A stretch of 35,334 nucleotides of DNA, taken from a virus. Below are positions 14,176 to 21,820 of this stretch, piece after piece. The notes under the pieces were generated by a model. The model saw only the letters and a list, made by a program, of their open reading frames with translations. It searched no databases and had not been told where the DNA came from. The translations under genes were made by a program, and so were the position numbers. Where the stretch lies: IMG/VR virus record IMGVR_UViG_3300045938_000009, positions 1 to 35,334 of that record, one strand, 5' to 3'. Every line of letters starts with the position of its first letter. Within the stretch, counting starts at the first letter, position 1.

Positions 14176-14198
14176 TAGCACTTTCACATTCCCAGCCA
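14176..14198. repeat. Left arm of 23-bp inverted repeat bracketing ORF 14223..14477
   Basis: TAGCACTTTCACATTCCCAGCCA matches the reverse complement of 14491-14513 at 22 of 23 positions. Confidence 0.85.
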
Positions 14199-14222
14199 AG
14201 CCAAGAAAAGAGAAGAATAGTT

Positions 14223-14477
14223 ATGTCAGGAAAAGACGAAGTACAGCAAGAAACAGATACACCGCGAGACTCTCGTACAAAATATTATTCAGAAAGTATT
14301 GAGACGCAAATTGAAGGTTTTCTGTTAGGCAAGGTATTAACAATAATTGATGCCTCATATAGTGATCAAGTTCAAAGAAATGCAGTTAAGTCTTTAATCA
14401 AAGACAAATTCCATGCACAGCTAGACTACTACCTGAATCGAATTGGGTATGCTAACAGTGAAGACTTACGTAAATAA
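14223..14477 (+). CDS. Hypothetical protein (84 aa)
   Basis: + strand ORF behind a purine-rich RBS (AAGAGAAGAA). No motif recognised. Confidence 0.65.
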   Translation: MSGKDEVQQETDTPRDSRTKYYSESIETQIEGFLLGKVLTIIDASYSDQVQRNAVKSLIKDKFHAQLDYYLNRIGYANSEDLRK

Positions 14478-14490
14478 TTAAATAATCCTT

Positions 14491-14513
14491 TGGCTGGGAT
14501 TGTGAAAGTGCTA
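14491..14513. repeat. Right arm of 23-bp inverted repeat
   Basis: TGGCTGGGATTGTGAAAGTGCTA. Its core TTGTGAAAGTGCT recurs at 12612-12624. Confidence 0.85.
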
Positions 14514-14520
14514 TTATAAT
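14509..14520 (+). promoter_or_regulatory. Possible extended -10 promoter (TGCTATTATAAT)
   Basis: A TGn motif precedes TATTAT, and this overlaps a TATAAT. It would start a roughly 70-nt transcript ending at the 14557-14598 hairpin. Confidence 0.4.
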
Positions 14521-14556
14521 TACATAAAGGAAACGTTGTCTGCTGTCCAAACTGAA

Positions 14557-14598
14557 TAAAGACGTGCTATAACCTGTCGGCATGTCTTTATTTATTTG
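14557..14598 (+). terminator. Hairpin terminator candidate T1
   Basis: An 11-bp stem (14557-14567/14580-14590) with one G.T, followed by TTTATTTG. An A-tract upstream suggests it could act bidirectionally. Confidence 0.5.
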
Positions 14599-14722
14599 TA
14601 TTGCTATTTAAAAAGCTTTCGTTTAATCTAAGCGTGTATAAATAACTTTGTCGTTCGCAGCGCACTTGTTTATAAGCACCTTACGCCTTCTTTTGGAAGA
14701 GTCAAATAACAAACATTGAACT

Positions 14723-14760
14723 GAGCTAGACGGCTACACACCTCCTAGCTCTTTTCTTTT
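14723..14760 (+). terminator. Intrinsic terminator candidate T2
   Basis: GAGCTAG/CTAGCTC stem (14723-14729/14745-14751) with a 15-nt loop, followed by TTTTCTTTT. Confidence 0.6.
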
Positions 14761-14763
14761 GTC

Positions 14764-14792
14764 TTGAACATTAGCGCGTTGTGATGTATAGT
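14764..14792 (+). promoter_or_regulatory. Promoter TTGAAC-N17-TATAGT
   Basis: -35 at 14764-14769 and -10 at 14787-14792 with an exact 17-nt spacer, in an ORF-free region. Confidence 0.65.
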
Positions 14793-14863
14793 AGGTGTTA
14801 CGGTATCAACACAATCTTCAAATTTTATGTTGATACCTAGAAAGACTGATTAGCTCTAGGGTA

Positions 14864-14892
14864 TTGCAAATCACTCATCTTGCGTCTATAAT
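14864..14892 (+). promoter_or_regulatory. Near-consensus promoter TTGCAA-N17-TATAAT nested inside the candidate sRNA
   Basis: -35 at 14864-14869 and -10 at 14887-14892. The predicted start near 14899 coincides with the right arm of the 15-bp helix. Confidence 0.65.
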
Positions 14893-14915
14893 AAGTGACG
14901 AAGATTGTGTTGATG

Positions 14916-14943
14916 AAGCGCCCCTAGTGGGCGTTTTTCTTTT
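14916..14943 (+). terminator. Canonical intrinsic terminator T3
   Basis: GC-rich stem AAGCGCCC/GGGCGTTT with a 5-nt loop, followed by TTTTTCTTTT. Confidence 0.8.
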
Positions 14944-15039
14944 GCCTTGATTCGCGCGGATCTTGGTTACTCATAAACATATTGTGCCGTACCTATGTAA
15001 TTAGGGTTATTAAGTGCGGCTAGAAAAAGGGGTTAATTC

Positions 15040-15315
15040 ATGTATTCCACCAAGCAACTAGTTAGTAGTAACAAGGAACTTGAACAACTAGTAAGTAGTA
15101 AGCAGTTAACTAGTTTTGATATTCAGAATAGGGCATTAGGAATTGCAGAAGGTCTTACTTCAATAGTAGAACCAAACAATATGACTGCGTGGTATTGCAA
15201 GGCTTATAAGACATTAGGTGAACACAAGTACTCGGCGCTAGTGAGTATGGCAAAACAAGGGCGTAATCCAAAAGCTTTATTTGGCTGGTTACTTAAACAG
15301 GAGTTAAACAAATGA
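15040..15315 (+). CDS. Hypothetical protein (91 aa) with N-terminal tandem repeat
   Basis: AAAGGGG RBS. The QLVSS(N/K)KEL repeat is encoded by a 17-nt direct repeat at 15054-15070 and 15084-15100. Confidence 0.65.
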   Translation: MYSTKQLVSSNKELEQLVSSKQLTSFDIQNRALGIAEGLTSIVEPNNMTAWYCKAYKTLGEHKYSALVSMAKQGRNPKALFGWLLKQELNK

Positions 15316-15665
15316 GAGAATTAAAGTTTAGAGCATGGGACATTAACGATAATAAGATGATCAACTCACACGACTTTTATTTAAGTGGCCAAGGAGATGA
15401 AGCGTTAGGAGTCAATGCTAATAAAAGGTCAATAGTTCCTTTACAGTATGTAGGATCTAAAGACAAGAATGGTGCTGATATATACGACTCTGACATTGTT
15501 AAAGACAAAGAAGGTAGGATAATATTAGTTCAGTGGGATGACGAAACCGCATCGTTTGCTTTAGTGAATGACAAATGGTTATTCAGACACTGGTTTCATG
15601 AAGCAACCAACCAAGCCGATGTAGAAGTAATCGGCAACATGTATGAAAACCCTGAACTCTTGTAA
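15312..15665 (+). CDS. YopX-family protein
   Basis: MRELKFRAWD start and a VIGNMYENPELL end are hallmarks of YopX-like phage proteins. ATGA coupling to the upstream gene. Confidence 0.8.
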   Translation: MRELKFRAWDINDNKMINSHDFYLSGQGDEALGVNANKRSIVPLQYVGSKDKNGADIYDSDIVKDKEGRIILVQWDDETASFALVNDKWLFRHWFHEATNQADVEVIGNMYENPELL

Positions 15666-15679
15666 TATACACTTGGTTA

Positions 15680-15688
15680 TGCTATTAT
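15680..15688 (+). promoter_or_regulatory. Possible extended -10 promoter (TGCTATTAT) giving a leaderless mRNA
   Basis: The hexamer ends at 15688 and the ATG of the next gene begins at 15695, 7 nt away. There is no SD sequence in between. Confidence 0.35.
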
Positions 15689-15694
15689 GCAGAT

Positions 15695-16198
15695 ATGAAG
15701 AGAAAGACCGTATACATCGCAACACCAATCATACTCGCTGGTTTACTATCAGGAGTAGCATTTTTAAACATTAACCAGGAGAAGCCAGTGGTAAAAGAGC
15801 AAGCTAAAGTTGAAGTAGTAGAACAGGAAGTTAAGCCCGTAGAAGCTCCTGTAGAGGAAGTAACACAAGAAGTGGTTAATGAGCCAGTTCAAGTAGCACA
15901 AGCTCCTGCAGTAGCCCCAGAACAGCCTACAGTGACTATTCTTAGCACTCAGGAATACGCTAACCAGTATTTAGATATGACAGTACCACGTGCGCAGCAA
16001 TGTTTAGACGCTATTGTAGCTACATGGCCTGCACGATTTGCTGAGGGCGTACGAGAAGCTAACATTAAGGGTTTACGAGCATTTGCCAATATCTGTACTA
16101 CAGGAATGGATGAGCCTAATAAGCAAACGGCCATTATCTATAGGTATGGTGCTAATGGTGAGTTCTTTGACAGCCAGCTAGCAATTAGCAAACATTAG
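15695..16198 (+). CDS. Membrane-anchored extracytoplasmic protein (167 aa)
   Basis: N-terminal TM anchor (VYIATPIILAGLLSGVAFL), a Pro/Glu/Val-rich linker, and a C-terminal globular part with two Cys. Confidence 0.7.
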   Translation: MKRKTVYIATPIILAGLLSGVAFLNINQEKPVVKEQAKVEVVEQEVKPVEAPVEEVTQEVVNEPVQVAQAPAVAPEQPTVTILSTQEYANQYLDMTVPRAQQCLDAIVATWPARFAEGVREANIKGLRAFANICTTGMDEPNKQTAIIYRYGANGEFFDSQLAISKH

Positions 16199-16234
16199 TA
16201 TTAGAATATACCTACAATTAACAAGGAGTCGTTT

Positions 16235-16504
16235 ATGACAGAACATATTGTTGATAATAGAGAAACATCTATTACATCTGTACCGCACTACAAAGTGTCT
16301 AGGATTAAATACGGGCATCCAGAAGATGATATAAGATACTATTACGTGTTAGAAAAAGTGGAATTAGACGGTAAGTTCGCAGGTTGGCGTAATGCAATTG
16401 ATAAAGCTTACACTCACAGTACGTCCGCATATGCTGCAATGGGTAGACTATTTCAAGAATATATAAAAGATCATAATATGGAATTACCATATAGAGAAGT
16501 CTAA
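16235..16504 (+). CDS. Hypothetical protein (89 aa)
   Basis: AAGGAG RBS. It is the last rightward gene. Confidence 0.65.
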   Translation: MTEHIVDNRETSITSVPHYKVSRIKYGHPEDDIRYYYVLEKVELDGKFAGWRNAIDKAYTHSTSAYAAMGRLFQEYIKDHNMELPYREV

Positions 16505-16513
16505 AAATAAAAC

Positions 16514-16545
16514 AGACCCTCGCTAAATACGAGGGTCTTTAGTTT
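16514..16545. terminator. Bidirectional intrinsic terminator between convergent units
   Basis: AGACCCTCG/CGAGGGTCT 9-bp stem with a 7-nt loop, flanked by T-rich runs in both transcript orientations (an A-rich run on the + strand upstream). Confidence 0.8.
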
Positions 16546-16558
16546 ATCTGCCACTGTA

Positions 16559-16825
16559 TTATTTAACTACAGTTTGGTCTCCTGATGCACCACCGCCAGC
16601 TTTTCCAGCAACAACGCTAATACCAATAGCTCCAAGAGCGTATATAAGACCTTGTGCAATGCTAATGTCGGTTAGACCAATCAATACGTCAATAAGAGCA
16701 ATAACAAGCCCTACGACGAATGCTAATATAACTGTAACCCAACCCTGTACTTGTGGAACTCCCATCTTAATAAGTTGCGTCAATGCAACAATTACTAGTG
16801 GAATGAACAAACTTGCGTCTACCAT
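16559..16825 (-). CDS. Putative holin
   Basis: 88 aa with two or three TM helices and a charged C-terminus. It is the last gene of the late operon, directly after the endolysin. Confidence 0.6.
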   Translation of the reverse strand: MVDASLFIPLVIVALTQLIKMGVPQVQGWVTVILAFVVGLVIALIDVLIGLTDISIAQGLIYALGAIGISVVAGKAGGGASGDQTVVK

Positions 16826-16836
16826 TATGAACTCCT

Positions 16837-17529
16837 TTAATTAACCTTACGATATACAGTATACTCTACTGCTTCGTAACCGTTAGTATTACCCTTGTCT
16901 GCCAGTTGCTTCTTTAAATCTTCTACTTCTTTACGAGCAGCGTTTAAAGCTGATTGCAAAATATCATTAGATTTAACCGCTGATTCTACAGATCCACGCG
17001 CTGCGTTAAGTGCAGACTGCAATATTTCGGTATTTTTACGTTCCGCATTTAAAGCTGATTGCAATACTTCTTCTACGTTTGTCGCCATATCTTCCTCCAC
17101 TACTTTTACTTTACCTATGTACTCACTCCACCCTAGATATTTACAGCCGTTATTACTCCGAGCATACATATCTATGAGATTTAATAAGTTTGGGTGTATA
17201 TAACCTGTATCGTGATACCCAGTCATTGTAGACGATGCTACTCGCCCATCCTCCAGTTGTAAGGCTACATGTCCAGCAGTTGTACTGCCTAGAGAAAAGT
17301 ATAGTGCTACCCTTACACCTTTAGGCGGTAAAGCATCATGATTACCACCTTTATAATTATCACTCCACGCTGAACTTGCAGATCTATAAACTCCATACGT
17401 CATGTATGTTCCGTCGTTTTGCTTCTTAGGAGGAGTTGCAACGCCTATAGTACCTTCTACGTATCCTTCACATAGTCCTCCGTAATACGGCACATTTGGA
17501 TTAGGTGTGACTATTTGCTTGTAAGACAT
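16837..17529 (-). CDS. Putative endolysin (CHAP/NlpC-P60-like peptidase) with C-terminal coiled-coil repeats
   Basis: Candidate catalytic Cys (YYGGLCEGYV) and His (TAGHVALQLEDG). The C-terminus has three copies of ILQSALNAxR. Confidence 0.6.
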   Translation of the reverse strand: MSYKQIVTPNPNVPYYGGLCEGYVEGTIGVATPPKKQNDGTYMTYGVYRSASSAWSDNYKGGNHDALPPKGVRVALYFSLGSTTAGHVALQLEDGRVASSTMTGYHDTGYIHPNLLNLIDMYARSNNGCKYLGWSEYIGKVKVVEEDMATNVEEVLQSALNAERKNTEILQSALNAARGSVESAVKSNDILQSALNAARKEVEDLKKQLADKGNTNGYEAVEYTVYRKVN

Positions 17530-18284
17530 TATATACCTACTATTCCTCTTAAACCTGTTACGGTGTTCTGTGTAATCGTTATTATACTCTGGATTAAGCT
17601 AGGAGACGCTTCAGGAGTTGCTGCTGGTGTCTGTACTACTTGAGTCGTTACTTGTTGCTCTTGAGGTTCTGTGTTAGGTATAGGGGCTTGTGCAGGCTCT
17701 TGCACGGTAATTGTGTTAGATAGATTATCAGTTGAGTTGAGCTGTACGCCAGGTTGTGCATTTCTAATAGCTTCTAGCTGTCTGTTTATGAGGCTTAGTT
17801 GATCTGCAATGTTAGGCTTCTTTATTTCAAAAGTATCGCTATACCCTTCTACTGGTATACAACGTCCAATAAAGATACAGTAACGTACTTGAATCAGTAG
17901 TTTGTATTTACCTGCTGGAACTTCAAGACCTACAGGTAGGGTAATAGGCTTTTTCGTAGTCCTACAGCCTGTGATACCGTCTAGGGTTTCAAGATTAGGG
18001 TTAGATGATAGTTCAATAGCGTTAATGTCTGTGTTTTCAGGGATTAAGAAGCGTCGTGTGTACGTTTCTGTTCCCTTACCAACGTATCTACAGTAATCCA
18101 CATTATATTTAATTGATGATCCTGCGGTTACTTCTCCTACTAGGTTAATCTTACGTATTTCAGCTACGTTAAAAGGGAAGGCGTACATGAATATTATTCC
18201 AGCAATAATAAGGATTGAAGCAAGGGCAATGAATGCACTAAAGTATTTCGATACGAACCGCATTACTTTACTAAATATTCTCAT
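17529..18284 (-). CDS. Membrane-anchored protein (251 aa)
   Basis: N-terminal TM helix (FSAFIALASILIIAGIIFMYAF) and a Thr/Gln/Pro-rich C-terminal region. Confidence 0.65.
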   Translation of the reverse strand: MRIFSKVMRFVSKYFSAFIALASILIIAGIIFMYAFPFNVAEIRKINLVGEVTAGSSIKYNVDYCRYVGKGTETYTRRFLIPENTDINAIELSSNPNLETLDGITGCRTTKKPITLPVGLEVPAGKYKLLIQVRYCIFIGRCIPVEGYSDTFEIKKPNIADQLSLINRQLEAIRNAQPGVQLNSTDNLSNTITVQEPAQAPIPNTEPQEQQVTTQVVQTPAATPEASPSLIQSIITITQNTVTGLRGIVGI

Positions 18285-18655
18285 TATGATGCTCCTAGTG
18301 CTGGTATAACCTTAGCAGCATTTAAAATTATGAATCCAAGTATGGTTACTACAAGTATAGATATAATAGCTTTTGATACTCCTGAGTTTAGCGCGTTAGC
18401 AACTTTTACACCACCTGCATTAACGATCTTTTCAAGTTCGTCCAATCGAGTTTCAACGTCTCCATTCACCTTCTGTTGAAAGTCTCGGTCTTTATCATAG
18501 TCCTGTTGATGTACATAGGAAAAGGTGTCCATCTTCTTTTTAATGGCTTCAATGCCTGGAATAACCACCTCATCTTGGCGTTGAGCAAGGCTATTAACCT
18601 TTAACTCAAGGTTGTTAACCGTTATTTGTAAGTCTTTGTTTGTTGTAGCAGGCAT
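18284..18655 (-). CDS. Tail-anchored membrane protein (123 aa from ATG 18655)
   Basis: Coiled-coil N-terminal part and a C-terminal TM helix (AIISILVVTILGFIILNAA). TAATG coupling. Confidence 0.6.
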   Translation of the reverse strand: MPATTNKDLQITVNNLELKVNSLAQRQDEVVIPGIEAIKKKMDTFSYVHQQDYDKDRDFQQKVNGDVETRLDELEKIVNAGGVKVANALNSGVSKAIISILVVTILGFIILNAAKVIPALGAS

Positions 18656-19122
18656 TATTCTACGCACCCCGTAACAAACTTTTCACAAGGTATAAATACT
18701 TGAGGAAAATCGTCTGATGATTTCTTAGATGTTAAATCACCTCTTTCATTCCAGTCATAGACTATATCATCTGCACTATTACCTTTTTCACCTTTACATT
18801 GATTTACTTCAAAATAGCAAGGTGGTGTTTTCCCGTCTTGGCCTAATAAAGGTACTTCTTTAATTACTTGCTGAGTAACAGTATTGGCAAAACTAATTGC
18901 ATTTGCGCCATCAAAGTAGTCTACGTTCTTTACGGGTGTCCTAGCGTCTTTACCATTTTCGCCCTTGTATACAATTACTTGTGGCTCTTTAGTGACATTT
19001 GCAATCTGTTGTTTAAGTTCACTTACTGTAACGCTTGCGCTGTAAGAAGTATAAAATGTACCAAAGGAAAATAAAACTACTAGCAAAACGCCAGCAGTTT
19101 TTAATTTGCCCACTCGGTTCAT
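18655..19122 (-). CDS. Signal/TM-anchored protein (155 aa from ATG 19122)
   Basis: N-terminal hydrophobic segment (AGVLLVVLFSFGTFY) and four Cys in the C-terminal half. Confidence 0.6.
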   Translation of the reverse strand: MNRVGKLKTAGVLLVVLFSFGTFYTSYSASVTVSELKQQIANVTKEPQVIVYKGENGKDARTPVKNVDYFDGANAISFANTVTQQVIKEVPLLGQDGKTPPCYFEVNQCKGEKGNSADDIVYDWNERGDLTSKKSSDDFPQVFIPCEKFVTGCVE

Positions 19123-19123
19123 G

Positions 19124-19450
19124 TTAGTTACCAAACCTCAAGAACATTTGAGGCATAGTAGCAGGTGCTGTAGTTATATTAAATGTAGCATTTCCGCTAG
19201 CAAAACCAGTCCACGTCCCTTCTAAAATAACTGCACCACTTGAGTCACGTAGCTGAATAGCTTTTCCAGCAGTAATAGCTGAATCATTATCAGGGAATAC
19301 ATGTTGATTTCCACCACTAATAAATCCACGCATATGTTTTAGCCCAGTTCCAGCTATTTCAATGTTCATCCAAGTCGCGGTTATACCGATGCTTGTTGTT
19401 TTGATTCCCGTTCCACCTAGAAACGTTGCTAATCCTTGGTTTTCTGCCAT
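19124..19450 (-). CDS. Hypothetical virion-module protein (108 aa)
   Basis: ORF-track entry with Gly/Thr/Ala-rich composition. Confidence 0.6.
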   Translation of the reverse strand: MAENQGLATFLGGTGIKTTSIGITATWMNIEIAGTGLKHMRGFISGGNQHVFPDNDSAITAGKAIQLRDSSGAVILEGTWTGFASGNATFNITTAPATMPQMFLRFGN

Positions 19451-19507
19451 GTAACTCCTTGTGTCTTTAATGTACCATTGATTGTAATCTCATGGTAGTG
19501 ATAATTG

Positions 19508-19684
19508 TTACGTTTGTGGTATTGTAGGTTGTTTCACATTAAATATTTGTAGACTCCGTTCAATCTCCTCATAAATAATAGTTACTTCTGTCGGCCTGAA
19601 TAAGACAAACAGAAAGAGTGTCACAAACATTACAAAACTGATTACAAGTACCAAGCCAGCAGGTGAGAGCTTGTACTTCTTCAT
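19508..19684 (-). CDS. Possible small membrane protein (58 aa)
   Basis: MKKYKLSPAGLVLVISFVMFVTLFLFVLFRPTEV... The ATG directly follows the upstream stop. Confidence 0.45.
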   Translation of the reverse strand: MKKYKLSPAGLVLVISFVMFVTLFLFVLFRPTEVTIIYEEIERSLQIFNVKQPTIPQT

Positions 19685-20332
19685 TTATATAGTACCTAGC
19701 ACGATCCCTCGTACATCAACACCGTTAGCTGCACTCGTGACGTTCACAAGTCCTAAAATAGCCCCAGCCATCTGATTTACGTTACAAGTAATACTCTTTT
19801 TATCTGCCGCCACAGCCACGTTGTATACCTGATAGTTATTACCTGTTCCGTATGCGTTAATCACGATACCTTCGGGGTATATTGTGGAAAATATAGCATT
19901 ACCTGTGGATAAACCGTTATCAGTAAGCCAGAGTGTCGCAGCCCCGTTGGTTACTGCGGTTTTGCATAGGTATGGAATGATCCCATTAACCATTACTCCG
20001 CTAACATATGCTTTGCGACGGTTTTGCTTAATAGAGGTATCTACTGCTTTTTGAGTTGGAATAACATTATTAGAGTCTGCTGAAAATGAAGGGTCAGGGT
20101 CAATCATTGACAATGTTACTAAATTGTTTGGGTTCTTAGGATAAACATACCCATTAATAGACGTTTGAATAGCAGAGCGATTTGTTTCTGTTATATTACC
20201 TGTTACCGAAACTGTATAATCTGGTTGCATTTCTGCCAGAACTGCTATGCTGATGTCAGTCGTAATTTTCTTGCTTAGTCCATCTGCGTCTATTGGGTCA
20301 GCTAATCGTGTAAAACCTGTTAGTGTTGCCAT
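19685..20332 (-). CDS. Fibre-like structural protein (215 aa)
   Basis: Thr/Asn/Val/Gly-rich, beta-type composition, within the fibre gene cluster. Confidence 0.55.
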   Translation of the reverse strand: MATLTGFTRLADPIDADGLSKKITTDISIAVLAEMQPDYTVSVTGNITETNRSAIQTSINGYVYPKNPNNLVTLSMIDPDPSFSADSNNVIPTQKAVDTSIKQNRRKAYVSGVMVNGIIPYLCKTAVTNGAATLWLTDNGLSTGNAIFSTIYPEGIVINAYGTGNNYQVYNVAVAADKKSITCNVNQMAGAILGLVNVTSAANGVDVRGIVLGTI

Positions 20333-20341
20333 AATTCCTCC

Positions 20342-20863
20342 TTAAATTAAACCCATCATGCCGCCAGTGCCAAGGTTTACGGCTACTGGTGGTGCTACAC
20401 TTGAATAATCCACATCTGCATATATAAATGAAGCTCGTTCACCTGCACCATTTACTTTCTTTAATCCAAAAGCCGTAGTAGACAGATCACCTACCGTCCA
20501 TGCCGCACTTGTACCAGGGTTCGTAGTAAATACACTTGTTCCATACTCATATACATTGTTTGTAGACGGTGAGAACGGCGTTCCTTCGTATGTAGTACTA
20601 CCAATTGTTACAGTGCTAACTGTTTGCGCTAAAACAGGGTCAAGTTTAAGAGTAGATGCACCAACTGTTACGGAGTTAATTGTTGATCCTGCTGGAACTG
20701 TTGAAGCGTCTACAAGGAAACGCATGTAGTTATCTGCCGTAGGAGAGTAGACCGCAGAGGCTGCGCCATCATCAGTCGATAGCTTTGCAACCGTTACAGG
20801 GCCTTCTGCATCCCACCCAGCGGATGCAACGAGAGAGTTAGGAATAAGCCTAACTAAAGTCAT
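20342..20863 (-). CDS. Fibre-like structural protein (173 aa)
   Basis: Thr/Ser/Ala/Val-rich, within the fibre gene cluster. Confidence 0.55.
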   Translation of the reverse strand: MTLVRLIPNSLVASAGWDAEGPVTVAKLSTDDGAASAVYSPTADNYMRFLVDASTVPAGSTINSVTVGASTLKLDPVLAQTVSTVTIGSTTYEGTPFSPSTNNVYEYGTSVFTTNPGTSAAWTVGDLSTTAFGLKKVNGAGERASFIYADVDYSSVAPPVAVNLGTGGMMGLI

Positions 20864-21819
20864 TAGATATTCCTTACGTAGCTTGCGTTGATCTTAATTG
20901 AAGCCACGGATGTTCCACATTGAGCTGTCCATGCAGTATTTACTGTCGTTTGCTTATATGCCGCAGACTCATTAAGCATAAACCCTCGTGTATCTCCACC
21001 AGGCACAAAGAAGCTAAAACGAGGAGTACCAGCAGCTACATCTCTAATCACTACTTCAGTACCAGTAGTGGAAGTATTAGTAATAATTATTGCGAATACA
21101 TCATTAAAGGTTGCAGCGGTTGCCGTTACAATAGTTGTCTCAGTCGTTGAGCTTGTGATTGTTGTTGCTTGATCGCCTTTTAAGTCACGAATAGATTGTA
21201 CTGTAACTTGTTTACCAACTTTGTCAGTAATGAAGTCAGAACGTGCTGCAGTGGTAACGGCAGTAGGGTTCGTTGTATACGCCTTACCGCCTACCTTTAA
21301 TGGGTTTCCTGCGTCTGCTGTACCATTGGCTACAGTACCAACAATGCTCCATGTTCCTGACTGTCCAGCGGTTACTGAACCAGATACGGTCTGCACTGCT
21401 GGTGTCCACTGAGCAGAGGTTACGAATAATACAGATAAAGTACCAGACGTAAGTGCTTGTACGCGAATACGAACTTGCTCGTAGCCCATTAAAGGAGTAA
21501 TGATGTATGTTGCCGTTCCGTTGGTTGGAATAACTGCGGAAAGAACACCAGTAGGTGTAGCTGTGTTCGCTTGATAAGCTGGAACGTTAACCCATGTACT
21601 ACCCGTTGCAGGCAAAGCTTCAAAAGCAATGTTCATTCCTGCGTGTGCTGCTCCTGATAGCTGTACGGTGGTTGAACCTACTCCCATCAGATCAGTGACT
21701 ACTACTGTGCCGTTCACTGCATTAACAGTACCTGTTACGTTTGCTTGCGGTGCTGAAACGATGGTAGGCACTATATCTTTACCACCTATGTTACGTACGG
21801 GAATTTGATTTAATGCCAT
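20863..21819 (-). CDS. Fibre-like structural protein (318 aa from ATG 21819)
   Basis: MALNQIPVRNIGG... Thr/Ala/Val/Gly-rich. The start lies 1 nt after the tail-fibre stop; the track extends to 21867. Confidence 0.55.
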   Translation of the reverse strand: MALNQIPVRNIGGKDIVPTIVSAPQANVTGTVNAVNGTVVVTDLMGVGSTTVQLSGAAHAGMNIAFEALPATGSTWVNVPAYQANTATPTGVLSAVIPTNGTATYIITPLMGYEQVRIRVQALTSGTLSVLFVTSAQWTPAVQTVSGSVTAGQSGTWSIVGTVANGTADAGNPLKVGGKAYTTNPTAVTTAARSDFITDKVGKQVTVQSIRDLKGDQATTITSSTTETTIVTATAATFNDVFAIIITNTSTTGTEVVIRDVAAGTPRFSFFVPGGDTRGFMLNESAAYKQTTVNTAWTAQCGTSVASIKINASYVRNI

Positions 21820-21820
21820 A

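Larger units (their letters stand above)
14799..14943 (+). ncRNA. Candidate small RNA (about 145 nt) from the 14764 promoter to terminator T3
   Basis: It lies between a good promoter and a canonical terminator. A perfect 15-bp long-range helix pairs 14805-14819 (ATCAACACAATCTTC) with 14900-14914. I found no convincing ORF. Confidence 0.4.
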
